From an uncultured bacterium (lineage in GTDB: Bacteria > Patescibacteriota > Minisyncoccia > UBA6257 > GWB1-50-10), in NCBI GenBank assembly GCA_963722655.1, contig CAVRNT010000001.1:162612-226611 (forward strand): a stretch of DNA of 64,000 nucleotides, given 5' to 3'. Every line of letters begins with the position of its first letter. Position 1 is the first letter of the stretch. Below the pieces are notes generated by a model. The model ran no database searches, was not told the origin of the DNA, and worked only from the letters and a program-made list of their open reading frames with translations. Positions 49,060-59,063 of this stretch are shown in pieces. Both the position numbers and the translations under genes were made by a program.

Positions 49060-50510
49060 CGTATATGAACTTTGAAGAACTGACGATAAAAAAGGTCCGC
49101 GATGGTCTGACGAAGAAAACATTCTCCGCCGCCGAAGTTGCGGGGGAGTATTTGGAGCGGATCAAGGAAAAGGATGGCGATATCGGCGCCTATCTCTCAG
49201 TTTTTGATGAGCGGGCGCTCAAGACGGCCGCGGATGTGGACGAGCGGCGCGTCGCGGGCGAAAAATTGCCGCCCTTGGCAGGCGTGCCGGTGGCCTTGAA
49301 GGACAATCTGCTCGTCGCGGGGACGCGGGCGACGTCCGCTTCCAAAATTCTTGAGCATTACGTTTCTTCTTACGACGCGACGGTCGTGCGCAAGCTCGAG
49401 AACGCCGGTGCGGTGGTCATCGGTAAAACGAACATGGATGAGTTCGCGATGGGCTCCTCGACCGAGAACTCCGGTTTCCATCCGACGAAAAATCCTCACG
49501 ATCAAAGCCGCGTGCCCGGGGGTTCCTCCGGCGGCTCGGCCGCGGCGGTCGCCGCGGATACGGCCCTCGGCGCTTTCGGTTCGGATACCGGCGGGTCCAT
49601 CCGTCAGCCGGCGGCCTTCTGCGGCGTCGTCGGCTTCAAGCCGACCTACGGTGCGGTCTCGCGCTTCGGTTTGATGGCGATGTCCTCCAGCTTGGACCAG
49701 ATCGGGCCTTTTGCGAAGACCGTCGAGGACGCCGAGGCCCTCTTCGATGTCATCCGCGGTCGGGACGAGTTCGATGCAACGAGCGCGGACCTGCCGGAGC
49801 GCGAGCCGCTCGCGCGGGAGGCGCTCAAGGGATTGCGCGTCGGATTACCGAAGGAATACTTCTACACCGAAGGTTTGAGCGCCGAGGTCCAGCGCGGCGT
49901 CGATGAGGCGATCGATAAGTTCAAGAAGCTCGGCTTGAAGTTCAAGGAGATCAGTTTGCCCCACACCCGCTACGCCCTCTCGACCTACTACATCGTGATG
50001 CCGGCCGAGGTCTCGGCCAACCTCGCCCGCTTCGACGGCGTACGTTACCCAGGCCTGCCGCAAGTGAATGACAGCGCTGGTTCTTTGAAGGAGCTCTACT
50101 TCAAGACGCGCGGCGCGGGTTTTGGGACCGAAGTGCGCCGGCGCATCTTGCTCGGCACCTTCGTCCTCTCCGCCGGTTATTACGACGCTTATTATGCCAA
50201 GGCCCAGAAGGTGCGGCGTTTGATCAGCGAGGATTTCGAGAAGGCCTGGAACGAGGTGGACGCGATATTGACCCCGGTCACGCCCACGACCGCCTTCAAG
50301 TTCGGCGAGAAGACCGGCGACCCGCTCCAAATGTACCTATCGGACGTTTTCACCATCCCGGCCAACCTCGCGGGACTGCCGGCGCTTTCAATACCGATCA
50401 AGAAATATCCACTGGGTGGGAAAGAATTGCCGGTCGGATTCCAACTTATGGGTCCACGCCTCGCCGACAAGCTTATCCTCCATATCGGGAAGTTTTACGA
50501 GCAGGCGTAG
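49056..50510 (+). CDS. gatA: Asp/Glu-tRNA amidotransferase subunit A (amidase signature family)
   Basis: Amidase signature GGSSGGSAAAVAA...GSDTGGSIRQPAAFCGVVGFKPTYG, 484 aa. Confidence 0.9.
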   Translation: MTYMNFEELTIKKVRDGLTKKTFSAAEVAGEYLERIKEKDGDIGAYLSVFDERALKTAADVDERRVAGEKLPPLAGVPVALKDNLLVAGTRATSASKILEHYVSSYDATVVRKLENAGAVVIGKTNMDEFAMGSSTENSGFHPTKNPHDQSRVPGGSSGGSAAAVAADTALGAFGSDTGGSIRQPAAFCGVVGFKPTYGAVSRFGLMAMSSSLDQIGPFAKTVEDAEALFDVIRGRDEFDATSADLPEREPLAREALKGLRVGLPKEYFYTEGLSAEVQRGVDEAIDKFKKLGLKFKEISLPHTRYALSTYYIVMPAEVSANLARFDGVRYPGLPQVNDSAGSLKELYFKTRGAGFGTEVRRRILLGTFVLSAGYYDAYYAKAQKVRRLISEDFEKAWNEVDAILTPVTPTTAFKFGEKTGDPLQMYLSDVFTIPANLAGLPALSIPIKKYPLGGKELPVGFQLMGPRLADKLILHIGKFYEQA

Positions 50511-50548
50511 CTCATCGGAAAACAAAACCGCCATTTAGGCGGTTCTTG

Positions 50549-50623
50549 CGCTCGCGACGGGATTTGAACCCGTGATCTTCCCCGTGACAGGGGGACGTGT
50601 TAACCAGGCTACACCACACGAGC
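50549..50623 (-). tRNA. tRNA-Asp (anticodon GTC)
   Basis: Acceptor GCTCGTG/CGCGAGC, anticodon stem TCCCC/GGGGA with loop CTGTCAC. Confidence 0.75.
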
Positions 50624-50770
50624 AGGACCTACTCAGGTTAATTGATGTTAAAGTATTTTTCAAATACGGCAACTTGTTGCGGCTACCCGCAACCAGAAGA
50701 GAGGTCGGTGGAAGGCGGAAGCCGTCCTCCGTATTGGAAAAGATTAGAAACCGAGGGTTTCTAAAACGCA

Positions 50771-50794
50771 GAAAAACTGCGTAAGCAGTTTTTC
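50771..50794. terminator. 10-bp perfect hairpin gaaaaactgc-gtaa-gcagtttttc between the tRNA genes
   Basis: Perfect inverted repeat with flanking A/T runs on both sides, so it could terminate in either direction. Confidence 0.5.
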
Positions 50795-50799
50795 AAGTT

Positions 50800-50873
<74 letters not shown>

Positions 50874-50935
50874 GCCGACATAATATCAGGAAATTTGAAA
50901 AAAAGCAAAGTAAATCCTATAATCTTTTCAAATAG

Positions 50936-51009
50936 GGCTGGGTAGCTCAGTTGGTAAGAGCGTGGCACTCATAACGCCAAGGTCGTGGGTCCGACTCCCA
51001 CCCCAGCCA
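50936..51009 (+). tRNA. tRNA with CAT anticodon (elongator Met or Ile2-lysidine; cannot be distinguished)
   Basis: Acceptor GGCTGGG/CCCAGCC, anticodon loop CTCATAA. Confidence 0.7.
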
Positions 51010-51022
51010 CTAAAGAAATTTT

Positions 51023-52213
51023 ATGCAGGTCTATCGTGACGAATATTCGAAAAAAGGAGCACCCACGGGAGGGGACATCGTAGGATATAAGGATCCTGCG
51101 GAGTTAGAGGCACTCTCCGTATTCAAAAAGCGCGACGATTTTGAGGCAATGAGGATACAGCGCCTACTGGAATTGCCAGACCTTACCCGTAAGGAAAACT
51201 CTCCGGTAAAATTTGTCATCGACCAGATTTTAAAGATTCCCGAATTCCGTGGATTCGATGTTTTAAAGATACCTGAGACGGTCAGCGTGGAAACAGGATT
51301 TGACCTATTAAATGTTCCTGCCGATCATCCAAGTCGCCAGTCGACAGATTCTTATTTTGTCGACCGGAACAGAGTACTAAGGACCCAGACGACGGCCATG
51401 TGGCCTTATTACCTCAGTGATCCTGAAATCAGAACTTGTCTGCAAACCAGAGGATATTTAGGGGCCCTTTGTTATGGGAAGGTCTATAGGAAGGACGAAA
51501 TCGATAGGAGTCATTTCCCGGTGTTTCACCAAATCGACGGATTGTATATCAGCAGGCGGAACGACAAAAAAATTACATTGGAGACATTACAGGGCGTCCT
51601 CTCCGATATTATTAAGTCCGTTTTCGGAGCCAATATAGAATTTAGGTTTTTGGAGGATACCTTTCCGTTCACGCATCCTAGCACCCAAGTGGAAATCAAG
51701 CGCGGCGAGGGTTGGCTGGAAGTTGTCGGTGGGGGTCTGGTGCACGACAATGTTTTGAAAAACCTCAATCTCGACCCGGGAATTTATAACGGCTGGGCTT
51801 TTGGCTTTGGCTTGGAGCGGCTGGCGATGATTAAAAATAACATTCCGGACATTCGCATTCTATGGTCAACCGATCCACGTATAGTTAAGCAGTTCGTGGG
51901 TATAGATAGTCAATTCAAGGAGGTGAGCAAATACCCGGCCATCATGCGCGATATTTCCTTCGTCGTCGATTCCTCTTTCGTCCCCAACGACTATTTTGAC
52001 CTCATCCGCGACATCGGCGGCGATCTGGTGGAGGAGGTTTCCTTGCTGGATAAGTACGAGAACGCGGCGAAGTTCGGTGCAGGGAAAGTGAGCTATACCT
52101 ACCGTATCGTCTATCGCTCGACCGACCGGACGCTCAAGACCGAAGAAATCAATCCCATCCAGGACAAAATAGTGGAAGAGACGAAGAAACAGTTCAAGGC
52201 GGAGGTTAGATAA
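51023..52213 (+). CDS. pheS: phenylalanyl-tRNA synthetase, single-chain type: PheS catalytic core fused to a C-terminal FDX-ACB anticodon-binding domain
   Basis: Class II motifs (HPSRQSTDSYFV, FHQIDGL, GWAFGFGLERLAMI). C-terminal ~95 aa ISFVVD...RIVYRS... is a ferredoxin-fold ACB-like domain. Low GC. Confidence 0.65.
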   Translation: MQVYRDEYSKKGAPTGGDIVGYKDPAELEALSVFKKRDDFEAMRIQRLLELPDLTRKENSPVKFVIDQILKIPEFRGFDVLKIPETVSVETGFDLLNVPADHPSRQSTDSYFVDRNRVLRTQTTAMWPYYLSDPEIRTCLQTRGYLGALCYGKVYRKDEIDRSHFPVFHQIDGLYISRRNDKKITLETLQGVLSDIIKSVFGANIEFRFLEDTFPFTHPSTQVEIKRGEGWLEVVGGGLVHDNVLKNLNLDPGIYNGWAFGFGLERLAMIKNNIPDIRILWSTDPRIVKQFVGIDSQFKEVSKYPAIMRDISFVVDSSFVPNDYFDLIRDIGGDLVEEVSLLDKYENAAKFGAGKVSYTYRIVYRSTDRTLKTEEINPIQDKIVEETKKQFKAEVR

Positions 52214-54346
52214 CTATTCCGGGTGGACTTGGCTCGTGAACCGAGCCATCTCTTTTTGAAGCAGAGGGTGGGATTTTAAATGACGGTCCTCCTTGAGGAT
52301 TGCCCAAGCCTCCTCGCGCGCCTCCTTCACGAGCTCTGGGTTCTGAATGGCCTTCATCGCGAGGTCCGGCATCCCGGTCTGGGCGTTGCCCAGAAATTCA
52401 CCGGGTCCGCGCATCTTGAGGTCCCGCTCGGCGAGCTCGAAACCGTTTTTAGCCTCAACGATCGCCTTAATGCGCTCCTTCACTGTTTTCGATGAGGCGT
52501 CGGAGAAGAGGAAACAGTACGACTGATACTCGCCCCGGCCGACCCGGCCGCGGAACTGGTAAAGTTGGGCGAGGCCGAATCGATCCGCACCCTCGATGAG
52601 CATAATGGTCGCGTTCGGCACGTCGACGCCGACCTCAATGACGGCCGTCGTGACCAGAATGTCCGTTTTCCCGTCGACGAAATCACGCATCGTCCTTTCC
52701 TTCTCCGTCGCTTTTAGGCGGCCGTGAAGCATTGCGATCTTGAGGTCGGGGAATATCTTCTTCTTCAACTTTTCATGCTCTTCCTTGACCGACTTGAGTT
52801 CCAGCTTCTGGATCTCCGCCGGCGTCTCTTCCGTGGTCGGCTCGATGCGGGGACAGACGACAAAGACCTGGCGGCCGGATTTGATCTCCTCGCGGATGAA
52901 GGCGTAGGTCTTGGTCCGCTCCGCCGGCGCGACGGCCTTGGTGACGATCGTCTTGCGGCCCTTTGGCATCTCGGAGACGAGCGAGATGTCCAGGTCGCCG
53001 AAGAGCGTGAGGGAGAGCGTGCGGGGAATGGGAGTGGCAGACATCGAAAGGAAATGCGGGATCTCTTGCCTCTTGTCACTCATCTCTTGTCGCGTCAATT
53101 GGGCGCGCTGCTTCACGCCGAAACGATGCTGCTCGTCGACGATCACCAGAGCCAAATCGTTGAAAGTTATGCCTTTCTGAATGAGGGCTTGCGTGCCGAT
53201 TGCGACCTTCACCCGGCTGGAGCCGATCTCAGTGAGTGCTTTCTCTTTGGTTATAGTGCTTTCCAAGTTGTGGCCGTAAAAGAGACGCCGGTCGGACGAA
53301 GTGACGAGCGCCACACCGCCCTCGAACTCCGGGAAGAACTTCCGGAAGGTCAGGTAATGCTGGCGGGCGAGGATCTCGGTCGGCGCCATCAAGGTCGTCT
53401 GGAGACCCTGGTGGGCGGAGGAAAGCGCCGCGATTGCGGCGATGACCGTCTTCCCAGAACCAACGTCCCCTTGGAGCAGGCGGTTCATCGGCCGGACCGC
53501 CTCCATATCCTTCAAGATCTCCCAGAGCGCCTGTTTCTGTGAGCTCGTGAGCTCGAAAGGCAAATGTCCGAGCAGGTCCTTAATGAACGGCAGATCGATC
53601 TTTATCTCCAGCGCCTTTTGCTCGGCCAAGGCGATCTTCTGCTCCAGGTTCCAGAGCTGGAGGCAAAAGAGGTCGTTGAAGGCGAAGCGTTTTTTGGCGC
53701 GGAGTGCCTCCTCGATCGTCGAGGGGAAATGGATTTGCCGCAAAGCGGCGTTCAACTCCGGCAGGTCGTTCTTGGTGAGAATCGCGGCGGGGATCGGGTC
53801 GGGGAGCGCCCTCGAATCATCTAAGATCGGTTTCACGATGAATCGCAGGCCCTTGGAGGTGAGGCCGCGGGTCTCGGGATAGACCGGGACGATGCGGGCG
53901 GTGTGTTTGGTTTCTTGGAACTCACTCGTCATCTCATAGGTCGGGCTCGCAAGGTGGATTTCGCCGCCGTGGGAGGTCGCTACCTTTCCGGAGAAGTTGA
54001 ATGCCCGGCCGGGCTGGAGGATGTTGCGGACGTAGGGCTGATTGAACCAGACGGCGCGGATGGAACCGGAATCGTCAGAAATGATGGCCTCCACAATGTA
54101 GAGGTTCTTGCGGAAAGCGCGCCGGCCCTCGATCTCATCCACCGTTCCTTGGACCGTCGCCTCTTGGTTGGGGATGAGGTCGGCGATCTTGTAGACCTGG
54201 GAAAAATCCTCGTACCGAGCGGGAAAATGGAAGAGAAGGTCACGTACGGTCAAGAGACCGAGGCGTTTGAGGCGCGGGGCGAAGCGCGCGACGTTGCGGA
54301 TCTCGGCGAGCGGCGTTTCGGGTGAAAGAGCGCCCATTTGCGCCAT
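52214..54346 (-). CDS. recG: ATP-dependent DNA helicase RecG
   Basis: Wedge/OB N-terminus, helicase motifs GDVGSGKT, DEQHRFG, QFRGRVGRG, 710 aa. Confidence 0.9.
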   Translation of the reverse strand: MAQMGALSPETPLAEIRNVARFAPRLKRLGLLTVRDLLFHFPARYEDFSQVYKIADLIPNQEATVQGTVDEIEGRRAFRKNLYIVEAIISDDSGSIRAVWFNQPYVRNILQPGRAFNFSGKVATSHGGEIHLASPTYEMTSEFQETKHTARIVPVYPETRGLTSKGLRFIVKPILDDSRALPDPIPAAILTKNDLPELNAALRQIHFPSTIEEALRAKKRFAFNDLFCLQLWNLEQKIALAEQKALEIKIDLPFIKDLLGHLPFELTSSQKQALWEILKDMEAVRPMNRLLQGDVGSGKTVIAAIAALSSAHQGLQTTLMAPTEILARQHYLTFRKFFPEFEGGVALVTSSDRRLFYGHNLESTITKEKALTEIGSSRVKVAIGTQALIQKGITFNDLALVIVDEQHRFGVKQRAQLTRQEMSDKRQEIPHFLSMSATPIPRTLSLTLFGDLDISLVSEMPKGRKTIVTKAVAPAERTKTYAFIREEIKSGRQVFVVCPRIEPTTEETPAEIQKLELKSVKEEHEKLKKKIFPDLKIAMLHGRLKATEKERTMRDFVDGKTDILVTTAVIEVGVDVPNATIMLIEGADRFGLAQLYQFRGRVGRGEYQSYCFLFSDASSKTVKERIKAIVEAKNGFELAERDLKMRGPGEFLGNAQTGMPDLAMKAIQNPELVKEAREEAWAILKEDRHLKSHPLLQKEMARFTSQVHPE

Positions 54347-54385
54347 ATTCTAGTGCATTTTGGCGGATTTTAAAAGTTTATTTTG

Positions 54386-54458
54386 TCCACCCCCCGGGAA
54401 TCGAACCCGGAACCGTCTCCTTAAGAGGGAGCTGCTCTGCCAATTGAGCTAGAGGTGG
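54386..54458 (-). tRNA. tRNA-Lys (anticodon CTT)
   Basis: Acceptor CCACCTC/GGGGTGG (one G-U pair), anticodon loop CTCTTAA, T-loop TTCGATT. Confidence 0.7.
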
Positions 54459-54511
54459 GTGGCGTATTTATACTATCCGAAATGCCACTGTCTTTTCAAC
54501 TTTAATCAACT

Positions 54512-54832
54512 TTAACTGGCTTGCCAAAGAATTAGCGTTATGGCTATTACGCCGAGGATCATACCGACAACTTCCATCGTCGAAACCTTTTCGTGGTAAA
54601 GAAATACTCCCAGTCCGACGGCGATGACGGCCGAGGCGACGGAAAATATCATCGCGCCGCGAGCGAGACCGGAGCCGTCCTTAAGGGCGAAAAGCCAGAA
54701 AACGTTCGCGATAATGTAACCCAGGATCGCCCCGACGAATCGTATAGCCAAGCCATGGAGCGCCCATTCTTTTGAAAGCACATCCGCAAGCAATTCGAAG
54801 GTAATAAGTAAGCTTAAGGGTATGATCCACAT
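54512..54832 (-). CDS. SMR family small multidrug-resistance / Gdx-like 4-TM transporter
   Basis: 106 aa, 4 TM, conserved membrane Glu in helix 1 (ITFELLADVLSKEWA). Confidence 0.7.
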   Translation of the reverse strand: MWIIPLSLLITFELLADVLSKEWALHGLAIRFVGAILGYIIANVFWLFALKDGSGLARGAMIFSVASAVIAVGLGVFLYHEKVSTMEVVGMILGVIAITLILWQAS

Positions 54833-55125
54833 ATTCTGTGCCCTTCAGAGGTCTCCACACTTCGTGGGCGAGACCCCACAAGCGTTCTTTGGGATCCCCT
54901 TCACTTTTCCCGCGAAGCACCTCGGTCGCGGACTGTGCAGATAGTGTAATGAGTCCTGGATGTTAATTCAAGAAAACAAAGCACCTCGGTCTGGGTAAAT
55001 GAGACAAACAAGAATTCCCAGGCCTACTTTTTAGTGTCTCATTCATTACCGTCAAATATGGGTCAGCCTTCCACTCGCGGAGGTGAAGAGATTGTCATAG
55101 CCGTATTTGGGGTTATATTTAAGGT

Positions 55126-55737
55126 ATGAACGAGGGAGTCGAGGGCGGATGGAGTTCAGTCGGCAATTGGCTGCTTGAACAGAATAGGAGGTTCTCGCTT
55201 TTCCAAACGGGCCGATTAAGCAGGCTTGAGCTTCTTAGAAATTACGAAATATCATCCCTCTTTCCCTGGGGTCTTATTCTGCTCATATTTCTCGGCTCGT
55301 GGGCGGTTGGCGGCGATACAAACTGGCAGCAGATGATTGGGACATCCGGCTTTGTGATTATCACGATCATCACCATCGTGGTTTACGTTGGTGCCGGACT
55401 TATCGGAGTATTCGCCGCAATCCAGCGATTTCACGATTTAGGCAAGTCAGGATGGCGAACCCTACTGCTGCTTATTCCGTTCGCGGTTCTCACTTACCCA
55501 ACTAGAGAGACTCCGAAAATATTTTTAGGGTTAAAGATTAACCCGGATGGTTCATTCTTCGAGGTGTATAACGGGCCAGGGAGATATATAAAGAAATTAG
55601 TTGTGGGACGTAAAGAACCGTATAACCGTTTGCATATTCTATCCTTAAAAAAGTTAGCCGAAATCTCGAGCAAAATACCTGCACATGAAAAAGTAAAAAC
55701 AAGAAAAGGAAAACGACCACTCACCTTTCCTCTATGA
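55126..55737 (+). CDS. DUF805-like inner-membrane protein
   Basis: Signature RFHDLGKSGWRTLLLLIPF and 3-4 TM helices. Confidence 0.5.
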   Translation: MNEGVEGGWSSVGNWLLEQNRRFSLFQTGRLSRLELLRNYEISSLFPWGLILLIFLGSWAVGGDTNWQQMIGTSGFVIITIITIVVYVGAGLIGVFAAIQRFHDLGKSGWRTLLLLIPFAVLTYPTRETPKIFLGLKINPDGSFFEVYNGPGRYIKKLVVGRKEPYNRLHILSLKKLAEISSKIPAHEKVKTRKGKRPLTFPL

Positions 55738-56291
55738 ATTTTCTAGATTTAAAATTCGAAATTGGGTTCTGGCATCCGTTTGGTCCGCATGGGGGAGAAA
55801 CCCCTGAAGAGATTATAAAAAGAAAACGGGGCGAGATTGGGAGAAACGGTTGGACTCTCTGGTCATTTCAATTCAGGAATACTCTCGGGCCCTGGTATCA
55901 GGAGATTGAGAAAATAGACCCAGGGAACGTCTTAGTCTTTTGCTCCGAAGGAAAAGGCGCGCGTGATCCCATAGGAGAGCGCAAGTATTGTAGCTATTAC
56001 ATACCCGTGGGAGAAGTTGCGCCTAGGAAGATTCCAATGGGAATACAAATCCCTCATCCTATGGGGAAGAAGACTAGGGGTTCCGCATTCATTGTTAAAA
56101 ACATTATTTGCCCCGCTGTTTACGAAGCGACGCCAATCGTATGGTTAAAGGGTAGCGGGTGGCAAACCGCACCGCTACCAACCCGGCCTGAGTATCTTAT
56201 AAAACCAGGGCAAGGTCAGCCCATGAGGAGGTTCCGGGCAGTACTTGAGCTTAAATGGCCATATCTTGCTGAGGTTGGTATTGCACATTAA
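55734..56291 (+). CDS. hypothetical protein (low-GC island)
   Basis: 185-aa ORF with no recognisable motifs. Confidence 0.3.
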   Translation: MNFLDLKFEIGFWHPFGPHGGETPEEIIKRKRGEIGRNGWTLWSFQFRNTLGPWYQEIEKIDPGNVLVFCSEGKGARDPIGERKYCSYYIPVGEVAPRKIPMGIQIPHPMGKKTRGSAFIVKNIICPAVYEATPIVWLKGSGWQTAPLPTRPEYLIKPGQGQPMRRFRAVLELKWPYLAEVGIAH

Positions 56292-56419
56292 GGCAATGTT
56301 TTCTTAATGCCTCATTTTCTATCAAGTATTTATTGGTTTGCCACATAGTCACCATGAATCCATCTAGACCCCCGAACATGGCCGATGGTAAATACCGGGA
56401 GCTAGATAATCTTTTGCTA

Positions 56420-57064
56420 TTATAGGTATCTGATTTCTCTGAGCTTTTCTAATAATTCCTTATCTGTCAAAACCGTCGTTTCGATCCTCTTGAGTCTAGT
56501 AGCGACCGCCCTAAGAAATGGCCTAGCCTCATTCCTCGTCTTGGGCTTAGCCCGTTCAATTTTTGTGATAACCCAATCTAAAACTCTTTTATCGCTGAAT
56601 ACTTTATAGGTGAGAATCTCTCTCCATAGCGCCCATAAACCAATTTTCTGTAATTTTTTCAGGGGGTTTTTGGCTAAAGTTGACGCTATCCTGAAATCAT
56701 TTCTTGTCTTGCTAATTTTGCTCCTGGGCATGTCCTTGCCTATAAGCGATGATCGTCCATAGAGTTGATTCCAAAAAATATTCTCTTCCTCAGAAGAAAC
56801 GCTGTTTTTCTCTAAAAACTTGTTGATTTTTGTACCTATAAGATACCACGCCCCTAGCATATCGTATTTGCGAGCATGGGGCGAAAGCATATTTTCTTTC
56901 ACTAAAATTCTCTCGATTTCTTTTATCTCTTTTCCTAACCTAGCGTCAAAACGATCCGCTTCCTTTATGTCTCGAGATGTAAGAATTCTTTTCGAACTTT
57001 TATATCCTTGGGATTTATCCGCCTTCTTGATTTTTATGGTCATTTTTGCTTTTTGAGATCCCAA
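56420..57064 (-). CDS. hypothetical protein, downstream partner of the GHKL ATPase gene (25-nt overlap)
   Basis: 214 aa, Lys/Arg-rich, AT-rich codons. Translationally coupled to 57040..59061. Confidence 0.5.
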   Translation of the reverse strand: MGSQKAKMTIKIKKADKSQGYKSSKRILTSRDIKEADRFDARLGKEIKEIERILVKENMLSPHARKYDMLGAWYLIGTKINKFLEKNSVSSEEENIFWNQLYGRSSLIGKDMPRSKISKTRNDFRIASTLAKNPLKKLQKIGLWALWREILTYKVFSDKRVLDWVITKIERAKPKTRNEARPFLRAVATRLKRIETTVLTDKELLEKLREIRYL

Positions 57065-59061
57065 ATGAATTCACTATAGCGCCTCAGGAATAACTGCCAC
57101 ACACCCGACACATCTTTTGATTTAACAAGATGACTAAATTCTTGGTCACTGTCGTCATCGTCGGCGATTGATTCTTCTAGTTTGATCTGAAAGGCAATGA
57201 ATATTGCTTGCTCCATTAGATATTCCGTCAGTTTTTCGAGATCACTAAGGAGTGGCTTGATACGCGGGTGAAGTTCATTGTAAAAAATGACGTGACCATC
57301 TCCCTCCGGCACCCATTCGAGTAAATAGTTCTTGTCGTCCCGCTCAACGCCCCGAAAATCGAACGGGCCTGATTCTGGTGGGTCTACCTCTACATAAAAT
57401 TTTTGATTTATCCGGTCGTACAAAATAGTGCCCTTCTCAATTTTTTTGCCGTCAGACAAAACAAGATCTTTTTTGTCTTCGAGCGAGACCATCCTTGCTC
57501 TCAATGAGTATCCGCCGGGGGTATATTTCTTGGATATCAAAATTGACCCTGCTCCTATTTCCGGCCCTCTTCCAGGGCGAAGATTTATTTCTTTTTCCTG
57601 CAAGAGTTCGGTTTTGCCTTCCGGGGAAACGACGAAAACGCGTACTAGGATATTTATATCTTCATTGATATCACTAATCGGTATCACATATGTCCCGTCA
57701 ATTTTCTCACCATAATTTACCCGCTTATTATCTCTTGGAAACTCTATGTCCGGAATCGACAGTCTCAATGGCTCCTTCTCCCTCCGAAAATGATCTTCTC
57801 GCTTTTTCTTTCCTATGTGCTTTCCAAACAATCCAAGCTTCTTAAATAATGGCGTTAAAAGCTTCAGTGCCTCAGCCTCGGCGTCTTTTTGGATTTTGTT
57901 CTTTTTTGACTGCTCCGACTCTATGATTTTTAATTCCTTAGCAAACTCTCTCGTTTTCGCTCTAAGATAATCTCTTAAGTATTTTGCTGGTTTCTGGGTC
58001 CAGCTAAAGTCGAAGTGCTCCGGCCCCTCGCATAGAATTTTCATTTCTTCCTCCAGTGGCTTGCCCTCCATTTCGAGCCATCCATAGATATCAACCATTC
58101 CCTTCTCATTAACAAGCTCATCCGCTCGAACCCTTTCGATCGTCATCCCTCCACGTTGTATGCCAATACCCCTCACCGACTCAGGAAGATTGAGATTGGG
58201 AGCATATCTCAGGACAAGGCGCTTCGTTTTATATAACGTACTTTCCTTGATGGCTTCTGGCTTGAACTCTAAACCCTCGACTCCCTTTACACTATCCTCA
58301 TACCAATAAGGAGTGCTTGCATATTTTTTACCATGTCCGTCATCAACAAAGATTTTTGATTCATATTTTTTAATAGTTTCCCAGCGCGAGCTGCTCACAA
58401 AGGAAAGCATTTGTCCTGTTTTGATAGCTTCGATCACGGACTGATCGGGATTAGTGATAAAGATCCTTGTTCCGCATGATACAAGGGGGGTTATTCCACG
58501 ATTAACACTCTCCTTAAATTCCTCTTTACCCTCTTGATCGTAATGTACCCTGAACTTGATTTGCTTGTCGCTATCCAAATAGATTTCCCCAAAGACATAC
58601 GAATTATCCGATGATCTCACAGAATCAAAAAACACTCTCCTTTTTTTTGAAGCGACTAGAAATAGTGTTTTGCCCCGTCCTCTGTTGCCCCCCTCCTCTC
58701 CTGATTTATCACTCCAATTTGAATTCAGAAAATTCGCTAGATCTTCACGCTTATCAGCCCCACTAAGAAGAATTTTATCCAACTCGCTGTCGCTAAAAAA
58801 TTTCGTCCCATTTAAGCCGCTCGTTCCCTGATCGGAGATGCAAATGACCTGCCCCTCCTTGGTGCTCATCAATGAAAAACCACACTCCCAATTCTTGCCG
58901 TGTTTTTTGTCTATTCTTGCGTCCCAGCTATTTTGAATGGCGTCTTTCTGTAAACCATCGGCCAGCCAAAGCTCATGGCCTATCTTTGTCCTATAGCCGT
59001 CAGCCAGAGCTTCTATGGCTTTTTCATTATTTGTCCTCTGGGTATATATTTTTCGTTCCAT
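57040..59061 (-). CDS. GHKL-superfamily (HATPase_c / Hsp90-MORC-like) ATPase-domain protein with a large uncharacterised C-terminal region
   Basis: Bergerat-fold motifs near the N-terminus: N-box HELWLADGLQKDAIQNSWDARIDK, G1 ISDQGTSGLNG, G2 GGNRGRGKTLF. 673 aa. Low GC. Confidence 0.65.
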   Translation of the reverse strand: MERKIYTQRTNNEKAIEALADGYRTKIGHELWLADGLQKDAIQNSWDARIDKKHGKNWECGFSLMSTKEGQVICISDQGTSGLNGTKFFSDSELDKILLSGADKREDLANFLNSNWSDKSGEEGGNRGRGKTLFLVASKKRRVFFDSVRSSDNSYVFGEIYLDSDKQIKFRVHYDQEGKEEFKESVNRGITPLVSCGTRIFITNPDQSVIEAIKTGQMLSFVSSSRWETIKKYESKIFVDDGHGKKYASTPYWYEDSVKGVEGLEFKPEAIKESTLYKTKRLVLRYAPNLNLPESVRGIGIQRGGMTIERVRADELVNEKGMVDIYGWLEMEGKPLEEEMKILCEGPEHFDFSWTQKPAKYLRDYLRAKTREFAKELKIIESEQSKKNKIQKDAEAEALKLLTPLFKKLGLFGKHIGKKKREDHFRREKEPLRLSIPDIEFPRDNKRVNYGEKIDGTYVIPISDINEDINILVRVFVVSPEGKTELLQEKEINLRPGRGPEIGAGSILISKKYTPGGYSLRARMVSLEDKKDLVLSDGKKIEKGTILYDRINQKFYVEVDPPESGPFDFRGVERDDKNYLLEWVPEGDGHVIFYNELHPRIKPLLSDLEKLTEYLMEQAIFIAFQIKLEESIADDDDSDQEFSHLVKSKDVSGVWQLFLRRYSEFIWDLKKQK

Positions 59062-59063
59062 TT

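Noticed and set aside
50572-50784. 70-aa plus-strand ORF
   Set aside because: It lies entirely within the tRNA-Asp / inter-tRNA hairpin region.
54833-55125. Confident guanidine riboswitch call upstream of the SMR gene
   Set aside because: There is only a short CGAGGUGC resemblance. I could not reconstruct the ykkC, mini-ykkC or ykkC-III consensus by eye, so it is reported only as a candidate.
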